This document shows positions 1 through 10,266 of a stretch of 64,000 bases of DNA, piece after piece. The DNA lies in contig JADFJW010000001.1 in assembly GCA_022565235.1 (NCBI GenBank), positions 1,135 to 65,134 on the forward strand, in the 5' to 3' direction. The DNA comes from Nanobdellota archaeon (lineage in GTDB: Archaea; Nanobdellota; Nanobdellia; Woesearchaeales; GW2011-AR4). Both the position numbers and the translations under genes were made by a program. Every line of letters begins with the position of its first letter. Positions within the stretch are counted from its first letter, which is position 1. Under the pieces are notes generated by a model. The model had not been told where the DNA came from. It saw nothing but the letters and a program-made list of their open reading frames with translations, and did not search any database.

Positions 1-1152
1 ACAATTAACATTAACAATATAACCAACCTTACTATAGAAAACTCAGTTGCTGGAAAAATAAACTTTACCCAAGCAATTGATCTAGGCGCAGGTGGAGACA
101 TAAACAGGTATGTTAACATATCATTTAACAGAATAGAGCTAAATTCAACTGCAATTCCAGCTTTAAATAAATCAGCAATCTTATATTTATATAATTTAAC
201 ATTCACAAATCCAAGAATCTTAAGAGACGGTTCAGTATGTCTAACTACAATTTGCAAAAAGCTAAGCTATACGAAAGGTACTCTGAAATTTAATGTAACC
301 CAATTTACTGTTTATTCTGCAGAAGAAACACCTAGTGCACCAGCAGAATCTGTAACTATATCTGAATCAAAGGCTGAAGACGTAGCAGGTAGTGGTATAG
401 AAATCATTAAGAAAATTATTTACAGTCATTTCTTTACCTTAATAGAAGCTGATGAAGAAATAAATATAAACATAAACAGGAAAGGATTGGCAGTAACAAA
501 AGTAGCATTTGAAGTGAATCAGGAATTAAATGATGTTTCATTCTCTATAATAGTTGTACAAAATCCATCAAATAGCATAGATAATGCCTACCAGTATTTT
601 GAGATTGAGTTTGATAAAATATTCAATATAAACATAATATCCTCTAGTATAAACTTCAAGGTCAGAAAAGATTCAGGTTATATTAAGGAAACTATAGCAC
701 TAAATAAGTATAAAAGTGGATGGATTCAACTACCTATAAGATTCGTTAAAGAAGATAGCAATTATTATTACTATGAAAGCGATATCGATGGTTATAGCCT
801 ATTTGCAATAACCGGAGAGAAACCTTTAATTGAGGAAGAAATTATTGAAGAAGAAATAGGCGCTGGAAAAATCATAGAGATCAAGGTTCCAACAATTGAA
901 AAGAAAATACAAATCCCAAGAGAAATATTTTTGGTATTACTTATAACATTCTTGTTGTTTTCATTTATATTACTGCTTATACAATTCCATCATGGACATG
1001 AATATGTATACAAGGAAACTTATATAAGCAAAACATTCGGGAAAATCACCGGGTACAGCCAAAGGGAATTTGGAAAACTGTATGTAAGAAAAGCAAAAGA
1101 AATTATCCAAAAAAAGTCCAAATCATCAATCAAAAGAAAAAGAAACAATTAA
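1..1152 (+). CDS. C-terminal part of a large surface protein (PGF-pre-PGF-like domain, C-terminal TM anchor); 5'-truncated by window edge
   Basis: Frame is open from base 1 to the TAA at 1150-1152; Asn/Thr-rich beta repeats, YSLFAITGE motif, hydrophobic helix then basic tail. Confidence 0.65.
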   Translation, partial: TININNITNLTIENSVAGKINFTQAIDLGAGGDINRYVNISFNRIELNSTAIPALNKSAILYLYNLTFTNPRILRDGSVCLTTICKKLSYTKGTLKFNVTQFTVYSAEETPSAPAESVTISESKAEDVAGSGIEIIKKIIYSHFFTLIEADEEINININRKGLAVTKVAFEVNQELNDVSFSIIVVQNPSNSIDNAYQYFEIEFDKIFNINIISSSINFKVRKDSGYIKETIALNKYKSGWIQLPIRFVKEDSNYYYYESDIDGYSLFAITGEKPLIEEEIIEEEIGAGKIIEIKVPTIEKKIQIPREIFLVLLITFLLFSFILLLIQFHHGHEYVYKETYISKTFGKITGYSQREFGKLYVRKAKEIIQKKSKSSIKRKRNN

Positions 1153-1164
1153 ATTTTAAAGAAT

Positions 1165-1938
1165 CTATTTAATTATCCCTTCTATCGGACTTGATGCCGA
1201 AGCATACAACTTTTTAGGAATCCTTCCGGCCAAGAAAGCATCCCTTCCGCACTCTACAGCCAATTTCATTGCTCTTGCCATCCTTATCGGATCGCGAGCC
1301 AAAGCAACTCCAGTATTAAACAAAACACCATCCGCACCTAACTCCATTGCAATGCTGGCATCGGAAGCCGTGCCTACACCTGCATCCACAATTATTGGAA
1401 CTTTAGCATTCTCTATTATAATTTTTATATTGCTTGGATTCAAAATACCACGCCCGGAGCCTATTGGGCTTCCAAGCGGCATAACTGAAGTAGCTCCTGC
1501 ATCTTCAAGTTTTTTAGCATAGATAATATCGTCATTAGTATAAGCCAGAACCGTAAATCCTTCTTTAACCAAGACTCTTGTTGCTTTAAGAGTTTCCTCA
1601 TTATCTGGCATCAAAGTTTTTTGGTCGCCAATGACTTCCAGCTTAACCCAGTCAGGCATTCCTAACTCGCGGGCTAGTCTTGCAGTCCTTATAGCATCCT
1701 CTGCAGTATAGCAACCAGCAGTGTTTGGCAAAATCGTAAATTTTTCTTTATCTATAAAATTCAATAAATTTTCATTTTCATCATCAAAATTTACCCTTCT
1801 TATCGCTACTGTAACCACCTCTGCACCCGAAGCTTCATGAGCTTTCTTCATTATATCAAAATTCTCATATTTACCAGTACCTATAATCAACCTAGAATTA
1901 AGTTCGAACTTTCCAATTTTCAATTTATCATCATTCAT
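1165..1938 (-). CDS. thiG: Thiazole synthase ThiG
   Basis: [26 protein letters not shown] (catalytic Lys), [16 protein letters not shown] motifs; abuts thiS. Confidence 0.95.
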   Translation of the reverse strand: MNDDKLKIGKFELNSRLIIGTGKYENFDIMKKAHEASGAEVVTVAIRRVNFDDENENLLNFIDKEKFTILPNTAGCYTAEDAIRTARLARELGMPDWVKLEVIGDQKTLMPDNEETLKATRVLVKEGFTVLAYTNDDIIYAKKLEDAGATSVMPLGSPIGSGRGILNPSNIKIIIENAKVPIIVDAGVGTASDASIAMELGADGVLFNTGVALARDPIRMARAMKLAVECGRDAFLAGRIPKKLYASASSPIEGIIK

Positions 1939-1941
1939 CAA

Positions 1942-2139
1942 CTAACCACCGCCCACTGCTGTCACAATTTCCAATTTATCGTTATCTTTTAATTTAGTAT
2001 TTTCAAAGTTTTCTCTATGAACTATGTTTTTATTTAATTCGACAGCTACTACATCCATTTTAAGATCTAGTGCGTCTAATAATTCTGAAATCCTTGCGCA
2101 ATCTAATTCCTTTTCCTGACCATTGATTATCAGCTTCAT
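1942..2139 (-). CDS. thiS: Sulfur carrier protein ThiS
   Basis: ~65 aa ubiquitin-like, VAVELN, C-terminal VGGG; upstream of thiG. Confidence 0.92.
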   Translation of the reverse strand: MKLIINGQEKELDCARISELLDALDLKMDVVAVELNKNIVHRENFENTKLKDNDKLEIVTAVGGG

Positions 2140-2250
2140 CTCCACCCCTAAATAGAATGGGAGTATTAATTAATTTAAAAAGATTATTGTTTAAATCAGC
2201 ATTGTGTTTAAATCAATATTTTTAAATAGGCTGCATATTCCTGATTTGTT

Positions 2251-3225
2251 ATGGATAATCTGATATTGGAACAAAACATCGCAAACAAAAAAATCCACTT
2301 TGAGAGGGCTATCTTCATATCATGGTACTGCTCGTTGGGGGACTGCACTTACTGCTACATGTCAACCCAAAAAAGCCTTATTTCTGACCCAAATAAAGCA
2401 AAAAGATCAACGGCATCAATACTTGCAGAAGCTTATCTTTGCAAAAAACTAGGCTGGAAAGTCGGAAATTTGGCAGCTGGTTATGGAAGCTATACTCCGC
2501 AAAGCATTTTGGAACTTGTGAAAAACATTTTTTCCATCACTAATGAAAAAATATGGCTTAACATCGGAGTATTATCAGAAAAAACTATCGAATCCCTTGT
2601 ACCCTACTTAGAAGGAATTTATGGCGCTGTAGAAACGACAAACGAAATTGTTCATAAGAAAGTCGCTCCGAACAAGCCAATAGCTCCGATAGAAAGAATG
2701 TTTAAAATTTGTGATAAATACAATCTAAAAAAAGCAATGACTTTTATAGTAGGTATGGGGGAAACAATTGATGATTTTGATTCATTAAAAAATTTCATAA
2801 TAAAAAATAACGTTGATAAAGTTATCTTCTATGCATTGAATCCCATAAAAGGTACAATGTTTGAAAATAATAATGGTCCGGAAATTGATTATTATGTGGA
2901 ATGGATAAGAAAAACAAGAAATGAATTCCCAAATATTGATATCGTTGCAGGACCATGGGTAGACAGAGTGGATAACCTGCACCTTATGCTGGAAGCAGGA
3001 GCAAACGCGATAACAAAATTTCCCGCAATAAAGCTGTTCAACACAATACATGCAAAAAACATAGAAGAGGAAATAAAAAAAGCAGGTTTCGAGATGGAAG
3101 GAAGTTTTACACAAATTCCGGATATAAACATTGAAAACATAGATAATTTTGACTTTGACCCAATATTGAAAGAAAAAATAAAAATAAAATTGAAACAATA
3201 TATTAATCAATTAAATAAAAATTAG
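2251..3225 (+). CDS. Radical SAM protein, BioB/ThiH-like archaeal family
   Basis: CSLGDCTYC (CX4CX2C variant), IVGMGET, YALNPIKGT, GANAITKFP. Confidence 0.75.
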   Translation: MDNLILEQNIANKKIHFERAIFISWYCSLGDCTYCYMSTQKSLISDPNKAKRSTASILAEAYLCKKLGWKVGNLAAGYGSYTPQSILELVKNIFSITNEKIWLNIGVLSEKTIESLVPYLEGIYGAVETTNEIVHKKVAPNKPIAPIERMFKICDKYNLKKAMTFIVGMGETIDDFDSLKNFIIKNNVDKVIFYALNPIKGTMFENNNGPEIDYYVEWIRKTRNEFPNIDIVAGPWVDRVDNLHLMLEAGANAITKFPAIKLFNTIHAKNIEEEIKKAGFEMEGSFTQIPDINIENIDNFDFDPILKEKIKIKLKQYINQLNKN

Positions 3226-3251
3226 AATTCTATTCGTACCTAAACGTCCGT

Positions 3252-3325
3252 CACTTCGTTCCTTGACATTAGCGATACTCATTTCATTCGTATCGTAATG
3301 CATACTCACTATCGTTCGTAGCTTT
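3252..3325. repeat. 74-bp hairpin-array repeat, copy 1
   Basis: 70/74 identical to 4562-4635; directly follows the permease stop codon. Confidence 0.9.
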
Positions 3326-3328
3326 GCG

Positions 3329-4540
3329 TTACTCATAACGCAAAGCGTCCACGGGCTTTAATTTAGAAGCCCGGACAGCAGGTAAATATCCGGATGCAGC
3401 CCCTATACTAAAAGCAAATATGATACTTCCTGCAGTAAGCCAAATAGGGAATAATGGTTCCAAAAACGAAAAACCAGCCAGCGCAGCGATTTTGCCACCG
3501 GTAGTGGATATAACCCAGCCAAGAGCTACCCCCATAATCCCACCGATTGCACCTAATATTCCTGATTCTATCACAAATATGACTAAGATGTCACTATTTC
3601 TGGCGCCGATAGCCTTCATTATTCCTATTTCCTTTGTCCTCTCAAGGACGGCAGTGTACATTGTGTTCATTGTGTTGACGCTTGCTACAATTAAAGAAAT
3701 AAGCGCAATCAAAACTAAGATTCCATTCAAAACTAATATGATATTATTGAAAGCTTCTAACGCATCCTCAAACGTCTGCACAAAAAAGTCCTCTTTTCCT
3801 TCTTTTTGACCCTTGTGCTTTCTTAACTTGTCTGTTATTCTATCAGCAAGCAGAGAAGGGTCAACATTCCTATTGGCTTTGACCATAACAAACCCAAATT
3901 GATCCTTATCGTCAGGAAATAATGATTCGAATGAATCATATGTAAAATAAGCATTAGAATCGTCTTGGGGATTCCCAATCTTTTCATAAAAACCAATGAC
4001 TTCAAATACCTTATCATTAATCTCTATTTTTTCTCTTAAGGCTACAGGCTTTTTGAAAATTTTATTCTCAAGCTGATAATTATGCCCCAATACCACCTTA
4101 TCAAGATCACCTTTTTTGATCTGTCTGCCTTTCCCGATACCAACAGTAAACGCTTCCTCAACAAATTGAATTTTATCAGGATCAATGCCAGACCCAAATA
4201 CAAATTTAATTTGTCGGTTCTTTTTGACCTCGACTGTTTTCATGTATATTCCGGAGATCTCCTGGACTCCATTGATTTTTTCCACAAAATCAACATCGTC
4301 TCTTGAAATTCTGAAGTTTTCATCTGTTCCCGGAGCGCCTATACCTTTGCCCTGTATAAACAGCTTGTCTATGCCAGCTTGCTCAGCAAGAACATTAACA
4401 TAATTCTGTAGGCCGACACCAAAGCTTACAAGCGCGTAAATAGCTGTTATTCCAATAAGAATGGACAGGACTGTCAGTCCGCTTCTTAGCTTCCTTTTTT
4501 TTACGTGTAGGAATGCATATTTGATTAAGTCCGAATTCAT
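3329..4540 (-). CDS. ABC transporter permease, MacB/FtsX family
   Basis: RSGLTVLSILIGI N-terminal TM, periplasmic domain, ERTKEIGIMKAIGA, PVDALRYE. Confidence 0.92.
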   Translation of the reverse strand: MNSDLIKYAFLHVKKRKLRSGLTVLSILIGITAIYALVSFGVGLQNYVNVLAEQAGIDKLFIQGKGIGAPGTDENFRISRDDVDFVEKINGVQEISGIYMKTVEVKKNRQIKFVFGSGIDPDKIQFVEEAFTVGIGKGRQIKKGDLDKVVLGHNYQLENKIFKKPVALREKIEINDKVFEVIGFYEKIGNPQDDSNAYFTYDSFESLFPDDKDQFGFVMVKANRNVDPSLLADRITDKLRKHKGQKEGKEDFFVQTFEDALEAFNNIILVLNGILVLIALISLIVASVNTMNTMYTAVLERTKEIGIMKAIGARNSDILVIFVIESGILGAIGGIMGVALGWVISTTGGKIAALAGFSFLEPLFPIWLTAGSIIFAFSIGAASGYLPAVRASKLKPVDALRYE

Positions 4541-4561
4541 TTTGAAAAGTGCAGAGTCTGG

Positions 4562-4635
4562 CACTACGTTCTTTGACATTAGCGATACTCATCTCATTCG
4601 TATCGTAATGCATGCTCACTATCGTTCGTAGCTTT
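4562..4635. repeat. 74-bp hairpin-array repeat, copy 2
   Basis: See 3252-3325; follows stop of the second permease. Confidence 0.9.
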
Positions 4636-4641
4636 TCGATA

Positions 4642-5862
4642 CTATCCGTATCTCAAAGCATCAACAGGATTTTTTCTTGAAGCTTGATAGGCAGGGACAG
4701 TACCTGCAATCAGACCAACTAAAAAGGAAAATAGTAAAGCACCCAGCACCAGTCCAATACCTACATCTGCCCTAATTAGTTCTGTGCCAAGAGCCAGTCT
4801 CCCCATAAAGGCAAATCCATGGGAGAGTATAAAGCCCGCTGTAATTCCAACAATCCCCCCAACCATCCCAAGCATACCAGATTCAATGAAGAATAAGGAA
4901 AAGATAGTGCTATTAGTTGCACCTATTGATTTCATTATTCCTATTTCCTTTGTCCTCTCAAGGACAGCAGTGTACATAGTATTGGTTATGCCTATTCCAC
5001 CAACAATAATGGAAATGAAAGCTATTATCGATATGAATATCTGAACTCCAAATAAGGTACTGTCAAGAGTCTGCAGTGCGTTCTCCGGACTCTGAACGGT
5101 AAAATCTTCTTCACCTTCCTTTACATCCCTTTCTTTTCTCAATAATTTCTCAATATCCCGGATTACGTTATCGATAATTTTCAGTTCTTTGACTCTTACT
5201 GCTATTGCATTGACAGAATCGCCATCCCTAAAATTATCTACAAGCACATCTTCATTCATAACTATAACAGAATCAAAAATGAAACTGCCTCTTTTTTCCA
5301 ATATCCCGATCACCTCAAATTCCTTATCATCAAACAGGATCCTATTTCCTATCTGGACTGCTTTTCCAAATTTGTCGTCTTTGGTAAAATCGTTTCCGAC
5401 CACAACTTTAAAATTGTCACTGTCTTTCAACAGCCTGCCTTTTTGTGTCCTTAAGTTGAGCATATCTTCGAATATTTTCCGGTTCTTGCCTTCTGGAACA
5501 TTCCAGGCTATACCTATGTCCTGTTGATCATTGAATTCAATAGTTCCTGTTTCTATATACCGGTTTATGGCTACTTCTACGCCGGTAATACGCTGGATCT
5601 TTTCTGCCAGGTCTTCTGTCAGACCTTTTACAACGGCTTGTCCTGGTGGCCCTGCAAAATTTATACCGCTTGCTCGTATTGCCAGAACATCCGGCCCTAA
5701 GAACCCGAACTGACCAATTATAGCTCCTCTTAAACCTTCTCCCAGGCCCATCAATGCAACTACAGCCGCAATACCGATGAAAATTCCAATCATGGTCAGC
5801 CAAGATCGGAGCTTTCGGTGCCTGAGACCTTTCAAAGCTATGATAAAATTATCAACTAGCAT
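4642..5862 (-). CDS. ABC transporter permease, MacB/FtsX family
   Basis: RSWLTMIGIFIGI, ERTKEIGIMKSIGA, NPVDALRYG. Confidence 0.92.
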   Translation of the reverse strand: MLVDNFIIALKGLRHRKLRSWLTMIGIFIGIAAVVALMGLGEGLRGAIIGQFGFLGPDVLAIRASGINFAGPPGQAVVKGLTEDLAEKIQRITGVEVAINRYIETGTIEFNDQQDIGIAWNVPEGKNRKIFEDMLNLRTQKGRLLKDSDNFKVVVGNDFTKDDKFGKAVQIGNRILFDDKEFEVIGILEKRGSFIFDSVIVMNEDVLVDNFRDGDSVNAIAVRVKELKIIDNVIRDIEKLLRKERDVKEGEEDFTVQSPENALQTLDSTLFGVQIFISIIAFISIIVGGIGITNTMYTAVLERTKEIGIMKSIGATNSTIFSLFFIESGMLGMVGGIVGITAGFILSHGFAFMGRLALGTELIRADVGIGLVLGALLFSFLVGLIAGTVPAYQASRKNPVDALRYG

Positions 5863-5863
5863 T

Positions 5864-7126
5864 CTAAGAGTTTGTTCTCTTCTTCCTTCTTCTCTTATAG
5901 TACAAAAGCCCTGCTACAATAATAATAATGACAATTAATGCTCCTACAAATCCATTACTCTGCTTTAATCCCAGCTTTTTTGCTTCAAAAGCAGTATATA
6001 GATTAAGTTTGAGCTCAATATTGTCTCTAAACTCCTTATTATGGGCATCCTTGTATTCAAGTGTTAAAGGCAATGATATTTGATCGCTTTTTGTTTTGTC
6101 AACAAACAATTTGAAATCAGCAGTTTCAAAATCATCAGAATCTATATTACCTAAGTAAACCTCATCGTTTGTCAATATCTGATAGCTATTGCTGGGTTTC
6201 AATTCCATATTGACAAATTTAATATCAATCAGCCCTTTATTTACTACCTTAATCACTATTTCTCCATAATTTCCAGATTCATAAATATCTGAATCATCTA
6301 AAGTTACACTTAAATCTGGTTCAGCCCCAATTATAAGGCCTATTGTGCCATTGGTTATATAGGTCTTTCCCAGTTCATCAGAATAGGTAACTCTTAATGG
6401 AACCTGGTAAACTCCTGAAGCTGCATCTGGATTTGCTAAAAGCTCAAAGATAAATTCATAACTGCTTTTCGCATCAATTTTGTAGATGCTCTTTTCATTG
6501 GTAGATCCCAAAGGAACAAAAGATGTACCCCCTAACCCTATATTCACCTTTATATCCTTAAGGATAGAATCAGCCTTGTTCGAAAGTTTTATTTTAACAA
6601 TGCCGCTTGTACCTGGTTCTATATAATCTTTATCCAAAGATATAGCATCTACAGCAAGTATTGCATCATGAGTCCGTATATCAACAAAAAATTCTTCCGG
6701 CTGGATCCAAACACCCTTATCAATCCTATACCTTATTTTTATTTCATTCTCTCCTTCAACAGCATTTTTATCAATCCTTAACTTGTACTTTACTATAACT
6801 CCAACATCACCTTTTTGTCTGCTTTGGATCGTTCCAACTTTTCTTACAGCATCTCTTCCAGGGTCCAGTGAAAAGGGATATTCCAGCAATATTTCAACTT
6901 CTACGTCTCTTGCTTCTCCAGTACCATTATTATCAAACTTAAACCTCATATCAATATATTTTCCAGGTTCTGCAGGATCTGGTTCCTGATTAATCAAATT
7001 TACATCAATATCATATATATTTGAAGGTCTTTGAGTGGTTTGTGCTGCTGCACTGACATAAATAGCGGACAAAATCACCATTACACTAAAAACCATCAAT
7101 ATTTTTTTTTGCATTAAATTTCCCAT
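5864..7126 (-). CDS. COG1361-type S-layer/Ig-like domain protein associated with ABC exporter
   Basis: Signal peptide, QEPDPAEPG, repeated Ig-like domains, C-terminal TM plus basic tail; typical context. Confidence 0.8.
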   Translation of the reverse strand: MGNLMQKKILMVFSVMVILSAIYVSAAAQTTQRPSNIYDIDVNLINQEPDPAEPGKYIDMRFKFDNNGTGEARDVEVEILLEYPFSLDPGRDAVRKVGTIQSRQKGDVGVIVKYKLRIDKNAVEGENEIKIRYRIDKGVWIQPEEFFVDIRTHDAILAVDAISLDKDYIEPGTSGIVKIKLSNKADSILKDIKVNIGLGGTSFVPLGSTNEKSIYKIDAKSSYEFIFELLANPDAASGVYQVPLRVTYSDELGKTYITNGTIGLIIGAEPDLSVTLDDSDIYESGNYGEIVIKVVNKGLIDIKFVNMELKPSNSYQILTNDEVYLGNIDSDDFETADFKLFVDKTKSDQISLPLTLEYKDAHNKEFRDNIELKLNLYTAFEAKKLGLKQSNGFVGALIVIIIIVAGLLYYKRRRKKRTNS

Positions 7127-7128
7127 AG

Positions 7129-7827
7129 TTAACCACCCTTCATTCTTTTAATTATTTTTCCATCCTTAAGGAATTCAATCCTATTAGCATGTTTTGCGAC
7201 ATTTGTATCGTGTGTGACCATGATGATTGTTTTTCCTTTTTTATTGAGATCTTCCAAAAATTTTATCACCATCTGACCGGTTTTTGAATCTAAATTACCG
7301 GTAGGCTCGTCAGCTAAAACCACCTCAGGGTCGTTAGCCAGACTTCTTGCAATTGCAACACGCTGCTGCTCGCCGCCGCTTAATTCCGTCGGCTTATGGT
7401 CAATTCTCTCCTGTAGCCCTACCATTCGCAATAGATTTTTTCCGGTTTCCAATCTTTCATCCCTTTCTATACCCTGGAATATCATAGGCAACGTAACATT
7501 CTCCAATGCAGTTAGGGTATTGATCAAATTGAACTGCTGGAATATGAAGCCAATTTTCTTTCCTCTTATCTGGGCTAAATCTGATTCCGGCAGCTTTGAA
7601 ATGTCATGCTTTTCAAGATATATTTTACCTTTGGATGGGATGTCGAGTGCTCCAACCATATTAACTGCAGTAGATTTTCCAGAACCAGACGGACCCATTA
7701 TTGCTACAAATTCTCCTTTTCTTATTTCTAAGTTTAAGCCGCGGAGAGCATTAACCTTTACCTTGCCCATTTGATATGTTTTCCATACGTTATCCAATTT
7801 TATTATAGTATCTTTCATTTTGAACAT
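7129..7827 (-). CDS. ABC transporter ATP-binding protein (LolD/MacB-like)
   Basis: GPSGSGKS, LSGGEQQRVAIAR, LADEPTGNLD, VTHD. Confidence 0.95.
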   Translation of the reverse strand: MFKMKDTIIKLDNVWKTYQMGKVKVNALRGLNLEIRKGEFVAIMGPSGSGKSTAVNMVGALDIPSKGKIYLEKHDISKLPESDLAQIRGKKIGFIFQQFNLINTLTALENVTLPMIFQGIERDERLETGKNLLRMVGLQERIDHKPTELSGGEQQRVAIARSLANDPEVVLADEPTGNLDSKTGQMVIKFLEDLNKKGKTIIMVTHDTNVAKHANRIEFLKDGKIIKRMKGG

Positions 7828-7849
7828 CTTTCTTGTTCATAAGCCTTCA

Positions 7850-7888
7850 AAATGAAAGCTACGAACGTTAGTGAGTCTGCTTTCATTT
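7850..7888. repeat. Hairpin element (AAATGAAAGC..GCTTTCATTT) carrying the ACGAAC-N-GTGAGT core
   Basis: Perfect 10-bp arms; core is the reverse complement of the 3' module of the 74-bp repeat. Confidence 0.7.
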
Positions 7889-8074
7889 CAAGACCCATAA
7901 ATTTACTCCTGCTTTTTTTATTCTCCTGAACTTATTGTCTAAAGTTAGCTCTAAAAGATATTTTTCAGCAGTATTCCAAGAAATTCTAAATTCATTTGCA
8001 ATCTCTGCTGTAGTTATGACTCTGTCTTTCTTGGCAAAATACGGAATTTTACTCTTAATATTATGTAATTTCAT
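7883..8074 (-). CDS. Small winged-helix/HTH protein, probable regulator of ABC operon
   Basis: TTAEIANEFRISWNTAEKYLLEL HTH pattern; first gene of operon. Confidence 0.65.
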   Translation of the reverse strand: MKLHNIKSKIPYFAKKDRVITTAEIANEFRISWNTAEKYLLELTLDNKFRRIKKAGVNLWVLK

Positions 8075-8185
8075 AAGTAAATACCTATTTAAATACCTGT
8101 GTAAAACAATATGTATATACATATATTTAAACTTTATGTTTGATAATACCAAAGATTTAAATTAAACAAAAATCAGATATAGATT

Positions 8186-9607
8186 ATGAACTGGAAAACA
8201 TTATCCCATTTAAGTACTAGAAAAATAAAGAACATACAAAACAAAAAATTAAGGTATTTTATTCAACATAAGGTCCCATTCAGTCCTTATTACAATGATT
8301 TATTCAAAGAAAATAAAATAAGATTCTCTGATATAAAAACAACAGACGATTTAAGAAAAATTCCATTTACAACAAAAAATGATATAGCACCAACAAAAAA
8401 TAATCCAAAAAAACATGCAAATTTTGTTCTGCAACCTAATAAAGAGTCAATAAAAAAATATTCTTCAAAACTTGACTTATTAAAATATGCTCTCAATAAA
8501 AATTCTGCTTTTAAAGAATTTAATCCAGTTCATTTGCACTTTACAACTGGAAGAACAGCAAATGCAGTTCCTTTTCTTTATACAGCATATGATCTGGAAA
8601 AATTAAGAGAATCTGGAAAAAGAATGATGAATATTCTTGATATTAATAAAGATAATAAACTTATAAATGCATTTCCTTATGCGCCCCATTTAGCATTCTG
8701 GGCAACATTTTTTGCGGCAGAAGCTTCTGGCTTGTTTGCGTTGCATACAGGCGGTGGAAAAATTTTAGGAACAGACAAAATAATAAAATCCATTCAAAGC
8801 ACAAAAGCAACTCTGCTGGCAGCTATCCCAGGCTTTGCATACCACCTGTTAAGAGAGGCAAAAAACAAAAAAGCTGACTTTAGCAGTGTCAAAAAAATAT
8901 TCTTTGGCGGTGAAAGAGTTTCAAAAGGCTTAAGAGAAAAAATAAGATCTATGCTTACAAGCCTAGGGAGCAAAAATCCAGAGATATTTGCAACATATGC
9001 ATTTACAGAAGGAAAGGTAGCATGGGCAGAATGTAAAGAAAATTCCGGTTATCATCTTTACCCAGATATGGAATTTATTGAAATAATAGACAAGAATGGA
9101 GAAGATGTCGGAGAAAATGAAAAAGGTGAAATTGTTTATACTGCTCTTGATTTCAGAGGTACCATTGTTTTAAGATACAAAACAGGAGATGTAGGAAGCA
9201 TTACATATGAAAAATGCAGTTGTGGAAGAACCCTACCAAGATTAAGCTCGGAAATTGAAAGAAGTTCAGAGATCAAGGAATTTAATCTAACAAAAGTAAA
9301 GGGAACTTTAGTTAATTTAAATGCTTTTTTTGAAATATTAAATACAAAAGAAATTGAAGAATGGCAAGTTGAGATAAAAAAGAAAAATAATGACCCTTAT
9401 GAACTAGATGAATTAATAGTTTATATATCTCCAAAAAAGAATATTGATTTTATCAAATTAAAATCAAAATTGAAAAAGATATTATATGATGAGCTTGAAA
9501 TAACACCGCAAATTGTAAAGATGGATTTGAAAGAAATTCTAGATAGACTAGGAATGGAAACTGAGCTAAAAGAAAAGAGGATTATTGATAATAGGCCTAA
9601 AACTTAA
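8186..9607 (+). CDS. Phenylacetate-CoA ligase (PaaK)-family AMP-forming ligase
   Basis: IPFTTKND, FTTGRT, LRYKTGD, CSCGRTLPRL, KVKGTLVN. Confidence 0.85.
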   Translation: MNWKTLSHLSTRKIKNIQNKKLRYFIQHKVPFSPYYNDLFKENKIRFSDIKTTDDLRKIPFTTKNDIAPTKNNPKKHANFVLQPNKESIKKYSSKLDLLKYALNKNSAFKEFNPVHLHFTTGRTANAVPFLYTAYDLEKLRESGKRMMNILDINKDNKLINAFPYAPHLAFWATFFAAEASGLFALHTGGGKILGTDKIIKSIQSTKATLLAAIPGFAYHLLREAKNKKADFSSVKKIFFGGERVSKGLREKIRSMLTSLGSKNPEIFATYAFTEGKVAWAECKENSGYHLYPDMEFIEIIDKNGEDVGENEKGEIVYTALDFRGTIVLRYKTGDVGSITYEKCSCGRTLPRLSSEIERSSEIKEFNLTKVKGTLVNLNAFFEILNTKEIEEWQVEIKKKNNDPYELDELIVYISPKKNIDFIKLKSKLKKILYDELEITPQIVKMDLKEILDRLGMETELKEKRIIDNRPKT

Positions 9608-10220
9608 CCAAAACCGCTCTCATAGGAGCGCCATCTGCATCTTTAACCTTTAATGGCAGCCCAACAAAGAAATATCTTCCAGGCTTTATTTCTGAAAGTT
9701 CTAGACCCTCAAATATAATAATGCCCTTACCAAGCAAAGACTTATGAGTACCATAGCTCGGTTGACTCCTTTCTATGCCCAAAGCATTAATTCCGACTCC
9801 TTTAATTTTTTTTGATGCTAGAAATTTTGCACCAGATTCAGCTAAATAAACGAAGTTAAAATCAAATGTTTTTTTGTATTCGTTCGAGGTTTTTAAAATA
9901 ACAATATCATTCTTTCGGATTTTTACATTGACGAGGTCTTCTTTTTCTATACCTCGCTTCTTAATTTTAGTTAAATCAACAACAACACATTCCCCCAAAA
10001 ATTTTCCAGTTGAAACAACGTTAATCTTTTTACCTTTTTGAAGAAAATGAAATGGTGCATCGACATGAGTGCCGGTGTGTGAATCAAGATGCAACCTCGA
10101 CTCATTCGCGTTGCCAGTTCTAGTGGTAGAAGTAACCTCTATCTTAGGTCGTTTGCTATCCTTATTTTTCCATACAACCATACCTTCACTTATTTCCAAA
10201 GATATATCATAAATTTTCAT
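9597..10220 (-). CDS. Cyclase / kynurenine formamidase (KynB)-family metallohydrolase
   Basis: HTGTHVDAPFH, IIFEGL, LPLKVKDADGAPMRAVL. Confidence 0.88.
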   Translation of the reverse strand: MKIYDISLEISEGMVVWKNKDSKRPKIEVTSTTRTGNANESRLHLDSHTGTHVDAPFHFLQKGKKINVVSTGKFLGECVVVDLTKIKKRGIEKEDLVNVKIRKNDIVILKTSNEYKKTFDFNFVYLAESGAKFLASKKIKGVGINALGIERSQPSYGTHKSLLGKGIIIFEGLELSEIKPGRYFFVGLPLKVKDADGAPMRAVLVKF

Positions 10221-10266
10221 TGTATTATTGTTTTGAATTTTTATGCTTGAAAAAATTTTCAATTTT

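Noticed and set aside
2146..2250. TPP riboswitch upstream of thiS
   Set aside because: AT-rich spacer with no CTGAGA core or supporting helices
3252..4635. CRISPR array or composite transposon
   Set aside because: Only two direct copies separated by a whole gene; no spacers, cas genes or transposase
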